Source of the DNA: a virus
DNA: 64,000 bases
Virus record (IMG/VR): IMGVR_UViG_3300044632_001218
Reading direction: 5' to 3' (one strand)
This document shows positions 51,371-62,587 of this stretch, piece after piece. The position numbers and the translations under genes are program-made. Position 1 is the stretch's first letter. Every line of letters begins with the position of its first letter. The notes under the pieces were generated by a model. It had not been told where the DNA came from. It made no database searches and worked only from the letters and a program-made list of their open reading frames with translations.

Positions 51371-52912
51371 ATGGCAGTAATAACTGACAAATTAAGGATA
51401 ATAAATTGCTCTAATTTTGTAAGTGATATTGGGAATGGTAACTACTATACATTCATTGGATTTCCAAACGCAGATTCTCTTTATCCAAGTTGGGATTCTT
51501 CTAGACCAAATCCAACTGACAATTACTTATATTTAAATTCTTATAGAGATAATATTTTAGGTGTCAAAAAAATAACCTCATCTGATGTTATTAGAGTAAT
51601 TCCAAAAATTGTTTGGTCAAGTGGTAAAAAATATGAGATGTATAGGCATGATTATAGTGTTTATAATACATCACCAGTAACGTCTTCTACAAGACTGTAT
51701 GATTCTTCTTATTATGTAATGAATAGAGATTATAGAGTTTACATCTGTATCAACAATAATTCTTTACCATCTAACAATAACACTGGTGCTATCTCTACTC
51801 AAGAACCATTACATACTGATTTGACACCAAGATTAGAGTCTGATGGGTACATGTGGAAATATTTGTATACATTGTCTCCAGCAGATGTTTTGAAATTTGA
51901 CTCTACCAATTATATAAGTGTTCCAAATAATTGGGAAACTGAAGGTCTCAATGCTGAAATTGATAGAATTAGAGATAACTCAGTAGATGGAAAAATTGAA
52001 ACAGTTTTAGTAGAATATAATGCAGTAAATTATCCATTCTTTGGCACATTATCTAATGTTCCCATCAGGGGGGATGGAACTGGAGCAACAGCTTCTGTAG
52101 TTTTTGATGAACAAGGAAAACCTATTAATGTAATTGTGACTAATGGTGGTAGTGGTTATACATTTGCAACCTTAGACTTAGATTCTATTTTAGCACCAAT
52201 TGGAGCACAAAAAGCAATTTTTAATGTAATAATTTCCCCACCAGGAGGTCATGGTGCAAACATTTATAATGAACTTGGTGCTTTTAGGGCATTGGTTTAT
52301 AGTAGAATTGAAAATGATACAATAAATCCAGATTTTATTATTGGAAATCAATTTTCAAGAGTTGGAATTATAAAGGATGTAAAATTAAATGGGAGTAATG
52401 AGGTGTTTACCCCAAACACAGGTTCTGGTGTTTATGCCTTTAGAATAAATGAAGATGCTTCTGCAGAAACATATGATTCTATAATTACTCAAACAAACAC
52501 AGGAGCTATTGGAAATTTAGTTAGTTTTGATAACACAACTAAAGTATTGAGATATATTCAACCCAGAAATAATAATATTGACACTTACTCTGTCCCTCCA
52601 AATATTCAAATTGATTATCATTTTGCAGATAGTGTATCTGGAATTCAAACTGCAACACAATATGCATTAAATGATTTTGATAATAGTACATTAACTATTG
52701 GAGGAAATTCATATACAATAAACACAGGGTACACTGGAAATGAAGTTGATATTGGAGGAACAATATATTATCTTGGACAATCATTCAATGGAGGTCTATC
52801 AAATCCAGACATAAATATAAAGAGTGGTGATGTTGTTTATGTTGATAATAGGGCTTCAGTAACTCGATCATCACAACAACGAGAAGATATTAAAATCATT
52901 TTAGAATTCTAA
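51371..52912 (+). CDS. gp8: Baseplate wedge subunit gp8
   Basis: YEMYRHDY...YYVMNRDYRVYICI..DGYMWKYLY...GDVVYVDNR. Confidence 0.88.
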   Translation: MAVITDKLRIINCSNFVSDIGNGNYYTFIGFPNADSLYPSWDSSRPNPTDNYLYLNSYRDNILGVKKITSSDVIRVIPKIVWSSGKKYEMYRHDYSVYNTSPVTSSTRLYDSSYYVMNRDYRVYICINNNSLPSNNNTGAISTQEPLHTDLTPRLESDGYMWKYLYTLSPADVLKFDSTNYISVPNNWETEGLNAEIDRIRDNSVDGKIETVLVEYNAVNYPFFGTLSNVPIRGDGTGATASVVFDEQGKPINVIVTNGGSGYTFATLDLDSILAPIGAQKAIFNVIISPPGGHGANIYNELGAFRALVYSRIENDTINPDFIIGNQFSRVGIIKDVKLNGSNEVFTPNTGSGVYAFRINEDASAETYDSIITQTNTGAIGNLVSFDNTTKVLRYIQPRNNNIDTYSVPPNIQIDYHFADSVSGIQTATQYALNDFDNSTLTIGGNSYTINTGYTGNEVDIGGTIYYLGQSFNGGLSNPDINIKSGDVVYVDNRASVTRSSQQREDIKIILEF

Positions 52913-52916
52913 AAAA

Positions 52917-55900
52917 ATGCCCCAAAGTACTAATTTAAATAAAAATCCTTATTATGATGATTTTAGCGACTCTAAGAACTTTTATAAAGTTCTTTTTAAG
53001 CCTGGAGTCACTGTACAAACAAGAGAATTAACTACTCTCCAATCTATTTTACAAAATCAAGTTGAAAAACTTGGAAGTGCATTTTTTAAGAAAAACACTG
53101 TAGTTGTTCCTGGTGGATTTGCATATGACTCTACATTTTATTCTGTAGAAATTGAAGGTTCTTACAAAGGAATTGATGTAGAAAATTATTTTAGCAAACT
53201 TGTAGGAACAACTCTTACTGGAAGAACTTCAAACGTAACTGCTAAAGTAGAAAAAGTTCTTTCTAGACAAGATTCTATTAGAAACAACACAACACTGTAT
53301 ATAAAATATCAATCTTCATCATCTGAAAATTTTACTTCTAATATTTTTTCAGATGGAGAAGAATTAACAATAAATCAAAATATTACTTTTGATAGTGGTT
53401 CTATTTTAAGTGGGTCTTCAGTAGCCAAAACTATTGCACCAACAAACAGAAAATCTACTTCAATAGCATCAGCAGCAAAAATAGACTCTGGAGTTTATTT
53501 CGTAAGAGGATATTTTGTTAATGTTTCTACGGATACTCTTGTTTTAGACCAATATTCAAATACCCCCTCTTATAGAGTAGGATTAAATATTAGCGAAGAA
53601 ATTATAAATGCTAATCAGGATTCTTCTTTATATGATAATGCTCAAGGTTTTTCAAACTTTGCTGCTCCTGGTGCAGATAGGTTAAAAATATCTTTAAGTT
53701 TATCTAAAAAATCATTAACTGATTTTAATGACGAAAATTTCATAGAACTCTTTAGAGTTGTAAATGGAAATTTACGTAAAATAAAAAATGAAACAGATAG
53801 TTCATATATTACTGACATTTTAGCAAGAAGAACTTTTGATGAATCTGGAAATTATTATGTCAACCCATTTAATGTAGAATCTATAGATTCTTTAAATGAT
53901 AATTTAGGTAATGGTGGATTGTATTCTGAAGGAGAATCAACAGAAAATGGAATAATTCCAGCAGAAGAAACTGGGATCATCAAAGTTTCTGCTGGTAAAG
54001 CTTATGTTCAAGGATATGAAATTCCAACCACTACTGAAGTTTTATCTTTCCCCAAACCAAGAACAACTGCTCATGTAGAATCATCATCAGCAGTATTTTC
54101 TACTGGAAATCTTTTGAGGGTCAATAATGTAAAAAATATTCCAAACATTGGATTAACAACAGATTTTACTATTTCATTATATGATCAAAGACTTTCTGCT
54201 AATGTTGCTTCTGGGACAACAATTGGAGTAGCAAGAGTTTATGATTTCTCATCTTATATAACTTCATACGAAAATCAAGCAAGTCAATTTAATTTACATG
54301 CATTTGATATTCAAGTTTACAGCAAAATTGACACAGACTCACCCCTAACATCAATTGTTGTAGGCGATTATATCAAGGGAAATAATAGTGGTTCAACAGG
54401 ATTTGTTAAGACTAATTCTGGACAAACACTAACACTATATCAAGTTTCTGGACAATTCATTCAAAATGAATCTTTAATAGTCAATGGTATTGGTTCTACA
54501 GTTGCAGTTGGAACATTTACTAATTATTCTGTAGATGACATTAAAGCAGTATCAAATGGAACTTTTGTTGCTGATTCTTTACTTTCCAAAGAAGTAGTTT
54601 TAACTGGACCATTTTCTCTTTCTGTTGATGCTGGTGTTGGTACAATTAGATCAAACAACGGTTCATCATTTGCATCAAATTTAAAAGTAGCAGATATAGT
54701 CAAATATCCTCAAGTTGGTGTTGGTTCTGATATTTTTGCAAAAATTACATCAATTAATGCAACAAAAAATCAAATTGTTTTAGCAACTACATCAACTGTT
54801 CCTAATGTTTGTTCTGGCGATCTTGGAATCAGCACTTCTCTTCAAACAGTTTCTGTAATCAAATCCCAACTAATACAAACAGACGACCCTTCATTAACAA
54901 CTAATTTAAACAACAACAATATTGCTAATGTAGATTTCTTAAATTCAAATATTTACACCAAAGTTTCATATAACTCAGTAACAAAATCATCTACTACATT
55001 AACATTACCAAGTCTTTCTGGAACTGATTATGTGTATTCTACATTTAATCCAGAAAGATATATTGTAGTTAATGTAGATGGTTCAATAGAAAATTTAACC
55101 ACTGCAACTTTTACAATAACTGGTGGTGGCAAAAATGCAGAGTTTACAAATCTTTCTGCAACTGCAGGTCCATGCAAAGTCATTACGACACAAATTAAAT
55201 CTAATGTAAGTCAAAAGTCTAAAAAACTTACAAGATGTGCTTCATTAACTATTAATAAAACAAAATACACTACACCCCCAAATGCTGGTCTTGCTCAAAC
55301 TAGTGTTTATGGAACAAGAGTTGAAGATGATCAAATAAGTTTGAATACTTCTGATATTATCCAAGTTCATGGTGTCTTTGAATCTTCTTCCACTTCCAAT
55401 CCAACTCTTTCTTGGCTTGAACTTTCAGGATTGAATAGCACAAACAGTAGTGTTGATGATTTGATTGTAGGAGAACTAGTTATTGGTGCCACATCTGGAG
55501 CAGTAGCATTATATGCTCAAAAGAAATCTGCAGCTAGAATTGATATCATTTACAAAAATGATTCTGTCTTTGCTTTAGGCGAAACTGTTACTTTTTCAGA
55601 AAGTGGTTATACTGCAACCACTGCATCAATTAATGCTGGGGATAAAAATATTGTCAATGAATTTATATTAGATAATGGACAAAGAACTCACTTTTATGAT
55701 TTTGGTAGATTAATTAGAAAAGAATCATCAAAAGAACCATCTGGAAGATTGACAATTTTCTTTGATCAATTTACTTACAATACTAATGACTATGGGGATT
55801 TAGTAGCAGTTAATAGCTATCCAACAACTCTTACTAAAAAATTAATCCCAGAGTTTGATGGATTAAGAAATACTGATGTTTTAGATGTTAGACCAAGAGT

Positions 55901-58900
55901 TACAAATTACTCTTCGTCTACTATAAGTCCTTTTGATTTTGCTTCAAGAACTTTTACAACTTCATCAAATAACCCAACACAAATTTTATCACCAAATGAA
56001 AGTTTTGTATTCGATTATGATTTTTACTTACCAAGAATTGATAAACTAACTCTTTCCAAAAATGGTGATTTTAATTTAGTTCTTGGAGATCCAAGCGAAG
56101 TCCCAATTCAACCACCAATATCATCTGATGTTTTAGATTTAGCAACAATAGTTAGTGATGCATATGTTTATAACATTAGTGAAGATGTAGACATAATTCT
56201 TTCTGATCACAGAAGATTTACTATGTCTGATATCAGAGACATTGAAAATAGAGTATCTAATTTAGAATTTTATACTACTCTCTCTTTGTTAGAATCTTCC
56301 ACACAAAACTTACTTGTTGTTGATGGGAATGGATTAAATAGATTTAAATCTGGATTTTTTGTAGATGAGTTTAATAATTATGATACTTCAGATGCTGATG
56401 ACTTAAACTTTGATGCATTGATTGAAAATAAAACTTTAAGTGCTACTACAAACGAAGAAAGAATTGATTTATCTTTGTTTAGCACAGATGATTATACTGC
56501 AATTTCAAATATAAATCTCAACAATACTAACTGTAGTAATTTAAGATTGACAGGAACAAAATTATCCTTAAATTATTCTGAAGTAGAATCATCAAAGCAA
56601 CCATTTGCAAGTAAAGTTGTAAATGTAAACCCATTTAATATTGTTACTTGGTCTGGAATTTTAGAATTAAGTCCAAATACTGACACTTGGTCAATTGTTG
56701 TAAACAGAACCAGAAGGGTAAGAGGACGTTTTGGTGGAATATCTATTAGAATTATTAACACCTTTCCATTCATAAGAATAGAAAGAAACAGAGGGGGAGT
56801 TGAAACTACTGTCACTTCAATCCCATTCATAAGAACCAGAAATATTAATTTCACTGCTGCGAAATTAAAACCAAACACAAGATTTAAACTCCTTTTTGAT
56901 AAGAGAGATTTAACTACAAATACTTCAAAATCTGCAGTATTTCCAAAATTCATTGAAATAACTAATATTTCTGGAACTTTCCAAATTGGAGAAACTGTAA
57001 AATGTATTAATTCTAAAGGAACCACAGATTGTTCTTTTAGAATTTGTACACCAAATCACAAGTCAGGTCCTATAGATTCTCCATCAACAACATTTACATC
57101 TAACCCATATAACCCATCAGTTGGCATTTCAACTCAATATGGAGTTCAATCAACATTCTTGAATGTAGATACATCAACTTTATCAAGACAAGAAGTAAGT
57201 GAATTTTGGGGCAAAATCAATAAAGGAAATAAACTTGTAGGTTCTACAAGTAAAGCAAATGCTACTGTATCTGATGTTAGATTAATTACTGACAATGAAG
57301 GTGTTTTACTTGGAAGTATTTGGATTGATGAAAGTGATGAATTTAAAACTGGCCAAAGTTTAGTTGAAGTTGTTCCAAATACAACAACACAAAACCTTCC
57401 AGGAGAGTCTGTAGTTAATTCTGCATCTACATTATTTACATCTCAGGGTCAAAAAATAGACAACCTAACAGTGACATATTATGACCCATTGGCACAAACA
57501 TTCTTGGTAGAAGAAGAAAATGGGATTATCCCAACATCAGTTGATGTTTACTTTGCATCTAAAGATGATAATCTCCCAATTACATTAGAAATTAGAGAAG
57601 TGTCATTTGGAACTCCTGGAGGAACAGATAAGGTTGTTCCTGGATTGAGGAAAGTTTTATCTGCTTCACAAGTAAACATAAGCACTAATGCAAGTGTTGC
57701 AACTACATTTACATTTGATACTTTAACAAATCTTTCAGCAGGAGAATATTCAATAGTTCTTCTTTCAGATTCTTTAGAATATAATGTTTGGGTGTCTGAA
57801 CTTGGCGCAGAAGATATTTCTACTGTAAATCTCCCAACAGTAAATAAAATCTTTATCAGCAAACAACCATCTTTAGGAACCTTATTCAAATCTCAAAATG
57901 GAACTACTTGGGTTCCAAGTCCATTAGAAGATTTGAAATTCACTCTCAAAAAAGCAGAGTTTATAACCAGCGGAGGAACTGCAAGATTATATAATTCTAC
58001 AGTTTCATTGACAAGTCCAGAAAATAAACTTGCTGATAATCCAATAGTTGCAATTTCAACTGCTGGTCAAGTTGTGGGTGATGGTAGACATATTTTAGTA
58101 TTCCATCCAAATCATGGAATGCATTCTTCTTCAAATAAAGTTCAAATCACTGGCGTTCAGTCTGATGTTCTTCCAGAAAAACTAACAGTTTCCTATGCAA
58201 CCACAGACAGTGGTGCCATTTCAGTTGCAAGCACTGCTATCTTTACAACTTTTGAAGGAACTGCAGTCAGTGTAGCAAATCCAGGTTATGTTCAAATTTC
58301 AAATGAAATTATCAAATATGAAGATGTGGGAATTGACCAATTATTGAATGTTACAAGAGGTTTTTATGGAACAACTTTACAAAACCACAATATCAATGAT
58401 TTAGTTTATAAGTATGAATTCAATAATGTTTCCTTGAATAGAATCAATACAGAACACACCTTAATATCCAATCCAAATCCAACATTAAACAATTATTATA
58501 TTCAAGTTAGTGCAGGGTCTTCATTCACCCAAACAAAACTTGGTGGTGGAGAAAATGTCTATGCAACTAAGAATAAGCAATTTAGCGAACTTACTTTCAA
58601 TGATAGATTTATTGAAAGATTTAACAATACACAAGTATCAGCATCTGTAAGAACTATCACATCTACAAGTGTTGATGGTAGTGAAGTGTCATTTATTGAT
58701 AGTGGTTCTCAAACTGTAGGAATTAGTAGTATCAATAATTTAGAAACTCCAAGAATGGTTGCATCTAGAGTAAATGAAACCACTTACCTAAATGCCACAA
58801 ACTTTGCTGGTAGTAGATCATTTACTTTAGAGTTGAATCTTAGCACAAATGACCAAAATGTTTCTCCACTGATAGATTTAACACAAAACTTTGCAATTGG

Positions 58901-59375
58901 TAAAATTTATAATATTAATCAACCAGTTGGTCTGTCATCTTATGCATCTGACAATAGAGCAAACTCAAATACAGATGATTCTCATGATTTTGCATATGTG
59001 TCAAACAGGGTGAACTTAGAGCAAAGTGCAGATTCTCTCAAAGTTCTGTTCTCTGCTTATAGACACTCATCATCTGATGTAAGAGTTCTTTATAAGATTT
59101 TTACAAATGATACTCCAGATAATGAACAAATTTGGAATTTGTTCCCAGGCTATGATAATTTGGATGTTAATGGAAATGTAATTAATTCTGATAATAATGA
59201 TGGAAGGTCTGATTTAAATGTTAGAAGTAGTTTGAATGGTGAATATTTAGATTATACTTTTACAATTGACAACTTACCATCATTTACTGGATTCCAAATT
59301 AAAATTCTTGGAACTGGAACAAATCAAGCATACTCACCATTAATTAGAGAATTGAGAGCAATTGCATTGAGATGA
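52917..59375 (+). CDS. DUF4815/VrlC-like large virion protein (2152 aa)
   Basis: NLNKNPYYDDF..KNFYKVLFKPG..VQTRELTTLQSILQNQ; ARRTFDESGNY; NRFKSGFFVD. Confidence 0.8.
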   Translation: MPQSTNLNKNPYYDDFSDSKNFYKVLFKPGVTVQTRELTTLQSILQNQVEKLGSAFFKKNTVVVPGGFAYDSTFYSVEIEGSYKGIDVENYFSKLVGTTLTGRTSNVTAKVEKVLSRQDSIRNNTTLYIKYQSSSSENFTSNIFSDGEELTINQNITFDSGSILSGSSVAKTIAPTNRKSTSIASAAKIDSGVYFVRGYFVNVSTDTLVLDQYSNTPSYRVGLNISEEIINANQDSSLYDNAQGFSNFAAPGADRLKISLSLSKKSLTDFNDENFIELFRVVNGNLRKIKNETDSSYITDILARRTFDESGNYYVNPFNVESIDSLNDNLGNGGLYSEGESTENGIIPAEETGIIKVSAGKAYVQGYEIPTTTEVLSFPKPRTTAHVESSSAVFSTGNLLRVNNVKNIPNIGLTTDFTISLYDQRLSANVASGTTIGVARVYDFSSYITSYENQASQFNLHAFDIQVYSKIDTDSPLTSIVVGDYIKGNNSGSTGFVKTNSGQTLTLYQVSGQFIQNESLIVNGIGSTVAVGTFTNYSVDDIKAVSNGTFVADSLLSKEVVLTGPFSLSVDAGVGTIRSNNGSSFASNLKVADIVKYPQVGVGSDIFAKITSINATKNQIVLATTSTVPNVCSGDLGISTSLQTVSVIKSQLIQTDDPSLTTNLNNNNIANVDFLNSNIYTKVSYNSVTKSSTTLTLPSLSGTDYVYSTFNPERYIVVNVDGSIENLTTATFTITGGGKNAEFTNLSATAGPCKVITTQIKSNVSQKSKKLTRCASLTINKTKYTTPPNAGLAQTSVYGTRVEDDQISLNTSDIIQVHGVFESSSTSNPTLSWLELSGLNSTNSSVDDLIVGELVIGATSGAVALYAQKKSAARIDIIYKNDSVFALGETVTFSESGYTATTASINAGDKNIVNEFILDNGQRTHFYDFGRLIRKESSKEPSGRLTIFFDQFTYNTNDYGDLVAVNSYPTTLTKKLIPEFDGLRNTDVLDVRPRVTNYSSSTISPFDFASRTFTTSSNNPTQILSPNESFVFDYDFYLPRIDKLTLSKNGDFNLVLGDPSEVPIQPPISSDVLDLATIVSDAYVYNISEDVDIILSDHRRFTMSDIRDIENRVSNLEFYTTLSLLESSTQNLLVVDGNGLNRFKSGFFVDEFNNYDTSDADDLNFDALIENKTLSATTNEERIDLSLFSTDDYTAISNINLNNTNCSNLRLTGTKLSLNYSEVESSKQPFASKVVNVNPFNIVTWSGILELSPNTDTWSIVVNRTRRVRGRFGGISIRIINTFPFIRIERNRGGVETTVTSIPFIRTRNINFTAAKLKPNTRFKLLFDKRDLTTNTSKSAVFPKFIEITNISGTFQIGETVKCINSKGTTDCSFRICTPNHKSGPIDSPSTTFTSNPYNPSVGISTQYGVQSTFLNVDTSTLSRQEVSEFWGKINKGNKLVGSTSKANATVSDVRLITDNEGVLLGSIWIDESDEFKTGQSLVEVVPNTTTQNLPGESVVNSASTLFTSQGQKIDNLTVTYYDPLAQTFLVEEENGIIPTSVDVYFASKDDNLPITLEIREVSFGTPGGTDKVVPGLRKVLSASQVNISTNASVATTFTFDTLTNLSAGEYSIVLLSDSLEYNVWVSELGAEDISTVNLPTVNKIFISKQPSLGTLFKSQNGTTWVPSPLEDLKFTLKKAEFITSGGTARLYNSTVSLTSPENKLADNPIVAISTAGQVVGDGRHILVFHPNHGMHSSSNKVQITGVQSDVLPEKLTVSYATTDSGAISVASTAIFTTFEGTAVSVANPGYVQISNEIIKYEDVGIDQLLNVTRGFYGTTLQNHNINDLVYKYEFNNVSLNRINTEHTLISNPNPTLNNYYIQVSAGSSFTQTKLGGGENVYATKNKQFSELTFNDRFIERFNNTQVSASVRTITSTSVDGSEVSFIDSGSQTVGISSINNLETPRMVASRVNETTYLNATNFAGSRSFTLELNLSTNDQNVSPLIDLTQNFAIGKIYNINQPVGLSSYASDNRANSNTDDSHDFAYVSNRVNLEQSADSLKVLFSAYRHSSSDVRVLYKIFTNDTPDNEQIWNLFPGYDNLDVNGNVINSDNNDGRSDLNVRSSLNGEYLDYTFTIDNLPSFTGFQIKILGTGTNQAYSPLIRELRAIALR

Positions 59376-59605
59376 TAAAAAAATACGCTAAGGTTGAAGG
59401 ACATCCCAATCTTTTGAGGGATTTGTCTACAAATGCAATAGTTAATACAGATAAAATTGGATTTGATAATTATACTTTAGCAAAAAGAAAAAGACAAGAT
59501 GAGCAAAAAAGAATTGATAATATTGAAGAATCTATATCTGAACTTAAATCTTCACTTGAAGATATTAAACAATTATTGAGGAAAGTTGCAAATGAATCCC
59601 AATGA
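59372..59605 (+). CDS. Conserved hypothetical protein
   Basis: KVEGHPNLLRD..TNAIVN followed by coiled coil. Confidence 0.75.
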   Translation: MIKKYAKVEGHPNLLRDLSTNAIVNTDKIGFDNYTLAKRKRQDEQKRIDNIEESISELKSSLEDIKQLLRKVANESQ

Positions 59606-59777
59606 ACTTAATCTAGAAACTGTTTCAAAACTTTTTGAATTTGAAAAAATTTCCAGAGAAATAGATTCTTGCACTAATATTGATTTGCTCAAAAATCTTT
59701 GCAAATGTTATGTAAAACTTTATATGAAACAAGAAGAAGTTGTATCTTCTTTAGGATTACCAAATCTAAATAACTAA
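59592..59777 (+). CDS. Hypothetical protein
   Basis: ORF track. Confidence 0.65.
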   Translation: MNPNELNLETVSKLFEFEKISREIDSCTNIDLLKNLCKCYVKLYMKQEEVVSSLGLPNLNN

Positions 59778-59790
59778 AAAGAGCACAATA

Positions 59791-60621
59791 ATGGCTAAAC
59801 CAGCATCAAGACAAGAACTTATTGATTATGCCTTAAGGCAACTTGGTGCCCCTGTATTGGAAATCAATGTTTCTGAAGAGCAAATTGATGACAGATTAGA
59901 TGATGCTTTGCAGTATTTTAATGAGAGGCATTTTGATGGTGTTGAAAAAATGTTTCTTAAGTATAAAATTACTCAAGATGATATTGATAGGGGAAGGTCT
60001 AGAGGTGGTAGTAAAAATGTAGGTATAGTTACAACTACAGTTACAACTGGACTGGGGTCATTTAATTGGGAAGAAAACTCAAATTATATTCCAGTTCCTG
60101 ATACAATTGTTGGTATAGAAAGAATCTTTAAGTTAGATAACAGAACAATCACATCTAATTTATTCAATGTAAACTATCAGTTATTTTTAAATGATATTTA
60201 CTGGTTTAGCTCTACTGAACTTTTGAATTATTATGTAACAAAAAGATATCTTGAAGATATTGATTGGATTGTAAATCCACAAAGACAAATTAGATTTAAT
60301 AAGAGACAGAACAGATTATACTTGGATATGAGTTGGGATGCTGTTACTGTAAATAATTATCTTATAATGGAATGTTATAGAATATTGGACCCCAATAATT
60401 ATATAAAAGTTTATAATGATTCTTTCTTGAAACTTTATTTTACTGCATTACTCAAAAGGCAATGGGGTCAAAATTTAATTAAATTCAATGGCGTAAAACT
60501 TCCTGGTGGAATTGAACTGAATGGAAGACAAATCTATGATGATGCAGTGAAGGAACTGGAAGACATTAGAATGAGAATGCTTAGTGAGTTTGAGACTGCA
60601 CCCTTTGACCTTATTGGTTAA
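59791..60621 (+). CDS. gp13: Neck protein gp13
   Basis: MAKPASRQELIDYALRQLGAPVLEINV; KRQWGQNLIKF.GVKLPGG; late promoter CTAAATA at 59766. Confidence 0.92.
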   Translation: MAKPASRQELIDYALRQLGAPVLEINVSEEQIDDRLDDALQYFNERHFDGVEKMFLKYKITQDDIDRGRSRGGSKNVGIVTTTVTTGLGSFNWEENSNYIPVPDTIVGIERIFKLDNRTITSNLFNVNYQLFLNDIYWFSSTELLNYYVTKRYLEDIDWIVNPQRQIRFNKRQNRLYLDMSWDAVTVNNYLIMECYRILDPNNYIKVYNDSFLKLYFTALLKRQWGQNLIKFNGVKLPGGIELNGRQIYDDAVKELEDIRMRMLSEFETAPFDLIG

Positions 60622-60625
60622 TATT

Positions 60626-61177
60626 ATGCAATACTACACATATGCTTATTTAAGAGAAAATAAAACTCCTTACTATATTGGTAAAGGAAAAGGAGATAGA
60701 GCATATCATAAAAATGGACATAAATCTCATGGAATTAATTTGCCCCCAATTGAAAGAATTATTATTTTAAAAAATAATCTAACAGAAATTGAAGCATTGC
60801 AACATGAAAAATATATGATTTCAATTTTTGGAAGAAAAGATTTGGGTTCTGGGATTTTATATAATAAAACTGATGGTGGAGACAATCCACCAAAAGCAAA
60901 ACCAAATCAAATTAATAGAATAAAAGCAATACAAAATTTTTGGGACAATTTATCCCAAACTGAAAGAAAAACAAGAGGGAATAAAATTTCAAAAACTAAA
61001 AAAGGAAATGGAAATCATTTACCAACATGCAAAGTTGTTATAAATGAATTAAATATTGAATTTAATTCAATAAAAGAATGTGCTCAATATATTAATGGGG
61101 ATCCTTCTACAATTGTAAAATGTTTGAACGGAAGAAGGCAGAATAGTCATAAAGGATATACTTTTAGTAGGTCATAG
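60626..61177 (+). CDS. GIY-YIG-family free-standing homing endonuclease with NUMOD-type HTH tail
   Basis: YYTYAYLRE..TPYYIGKG; LYNKTDGGD; FNSIKECAQYI...IVKCL...HKGYTF. Confidence 0.8.
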   Translation: MQYYTYAYLRENKTPYYIGKGKGDRAYHKNGHKSHGINLPPIERIIILKNNLTEIEALQHEKYMISIFGRKDLGSGILYNKTDGGDNPPKAKPNQINRIKAIQNFWDNLSQTERKTRGNKISKTKKGNGNHLPTCKVVINELNIEFNSIKECAQYINGDPSTIVKCLNGRRQNSHKGYTFSRS

Positions 61178-61179
61178 AT

Positions 61180-62556
61180 ATGTTAAATCCATTTTTCATA
61201 CAGGGAACATCAGGGGAACAAGGTCTTGTACAAGACCTGATAAATGAACAATTAAAAATGTATGGCATAGAAATTTACTATATGCCAAGAGAATTCGTGT
61301 CTGAAGGAAAAGTTATAAAAGAAGTTTTATATTCAAAATTTACTAAAGCATTTCCAATAGAAGCATACTTGGTAAATTATGAAGGTTTTGACCCAAATAG
61401 TATTTTGATGAGTAAATTTGGAGTAAGAGTTACTGATGAAATGACTCTTATCATTTCATCAGAAAGATTTGAGACATATATTGGCGAATTGATGAAAGAT
61501 ATTACCTTAGTAAAAAATGCTACAAGACCTAATGAAGGTGATTTACTTTATATTCCATTGAGCGATAGCTTTATGGAAATTAAGTATGTTGAAAATAGAA
61601 AACCATTCTATCAACTTCAAAAGAACTATGTTTATGAATTGAGATGTGAAGTATATGAAATAGAAGATGATGAAATAAAAACAACAATTGATTCTATTGA
61701 TAAGTCATTGAAAGATGTAGGATATGAATCCACATTGAATATGTCAGGAATTGGAGTAACTGCAACTGCAACTACAACACTTGTTACTGGTGGGGTTCAA
61801 ACTACAGAAATAATTAGTGGTGGATACAGATATACTTCTATTCCAACATTTAATGTTTCTTCTCCCATTTCTGGCACTAAAGCAACGCTTGTTGGTGTAG
61901 TAACCAGTAAAATGGGATTACTATCATCAAAGAGTTTAAGTGATGTATACATTCAGAATCCAGGATCTGGATACAATCCAAGCAAACCCCCAATAGTGGA
62001 TGTTTCTGGGGGTGGTGGTTATGGTGCTCAAGTTAGAGTTGGAATTGCAACCTCTGGTAGCATAGGACCCATTCAGATAAACAATTCTGGACAGGGTTAT
62101 GTGCTTGAACCAGTAGTAACAATATCAAGTCCAGTTGGAGGAGGAGTAACTGCTGTTGCTAAAGCTTTCTTGAATAATGTTGGAGGTATTTCATCTATTA
62201 GAATTGTCAATGCAGGATATGGTTACACACAAACTCCAACAATCACTGTTTCTGCTGGAACCACTGTTTCTACTGGCAACTTTGTCTTTAATGAAACAGT
62301 AACTGGTTCAATATCCAATGCAGTTGGAACTGTTAAAAATTGGGATTCAGAAACCAGAGAATTGAAGGTGACAGGATTTGGAACTAACTTTATAGTTGGT
62401 GATATTGTAGTTGGTGCAGCATCAAGTGCAATTTACATAGTTTCAAATAGAGAAGAATTTGAAACAACATCTGCATATGATAATTCTGACATTATTGAAG
62501 AAGAAGCAGATAATATTTTAGATTTTAGTGAAATTAATCCTTTTGGAGAAGTTTGA
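61180..62556 (+). CDS. gp14: Neck protein gp14
   Basis: MLNPFF.QG...EQGLVQDLINEQLKMYG.EIYYMPR; RPNEGDL.Y.P; FSEINPFG. Confidence 0.92.
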   Translation: MLNPFFIQGTSGEQGLVQDLINEQLKMYGIEIYYMPREFVSEGKVIKEVLYSKFTKAFPIEAYLVNYEGFDPNSILMSKFGVRVTDEMTLIISSERFETYIGELMKDITLVKNATRPNEGDLLYIPLSDSFMEIKYVENRKPFYQLQKNYVYELRCEVYEIEDDEIKTTIDSIDKSLKDVGYESTLNMSGIGVTATATTTLVTGGVQTTEIISGGYRYTSIPTFNVSSPISGTKATLVGVVTSKMGLLSSKSLSDVYIQNPGSGYNPSKPPIVDVSGGGGYGAQVRVGIATSGSIGPIQINNSGQGYVLEPVVTISSPVGGGVTAVAKAFLNNVGGISSIRIVNAGYGYTQTPTITVSAGTTVSTGNFVFNETVTGSISNAVGTVKNWDSETRELKVTGFGTNFIVGDIVVGAASSAIYIVSNREEFETTSAYDNSDIIEEEADNILDFSEINPFGEV

Positions 62557-62587
62557 CTAAATACTAAATAATGTGAAAAAATAAAAA

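Noticed and set aside
44019-57889. Minus-strand ORFs inside the baseplate genes
   Set aside because: Expected shadows of long genes with strong codon bias
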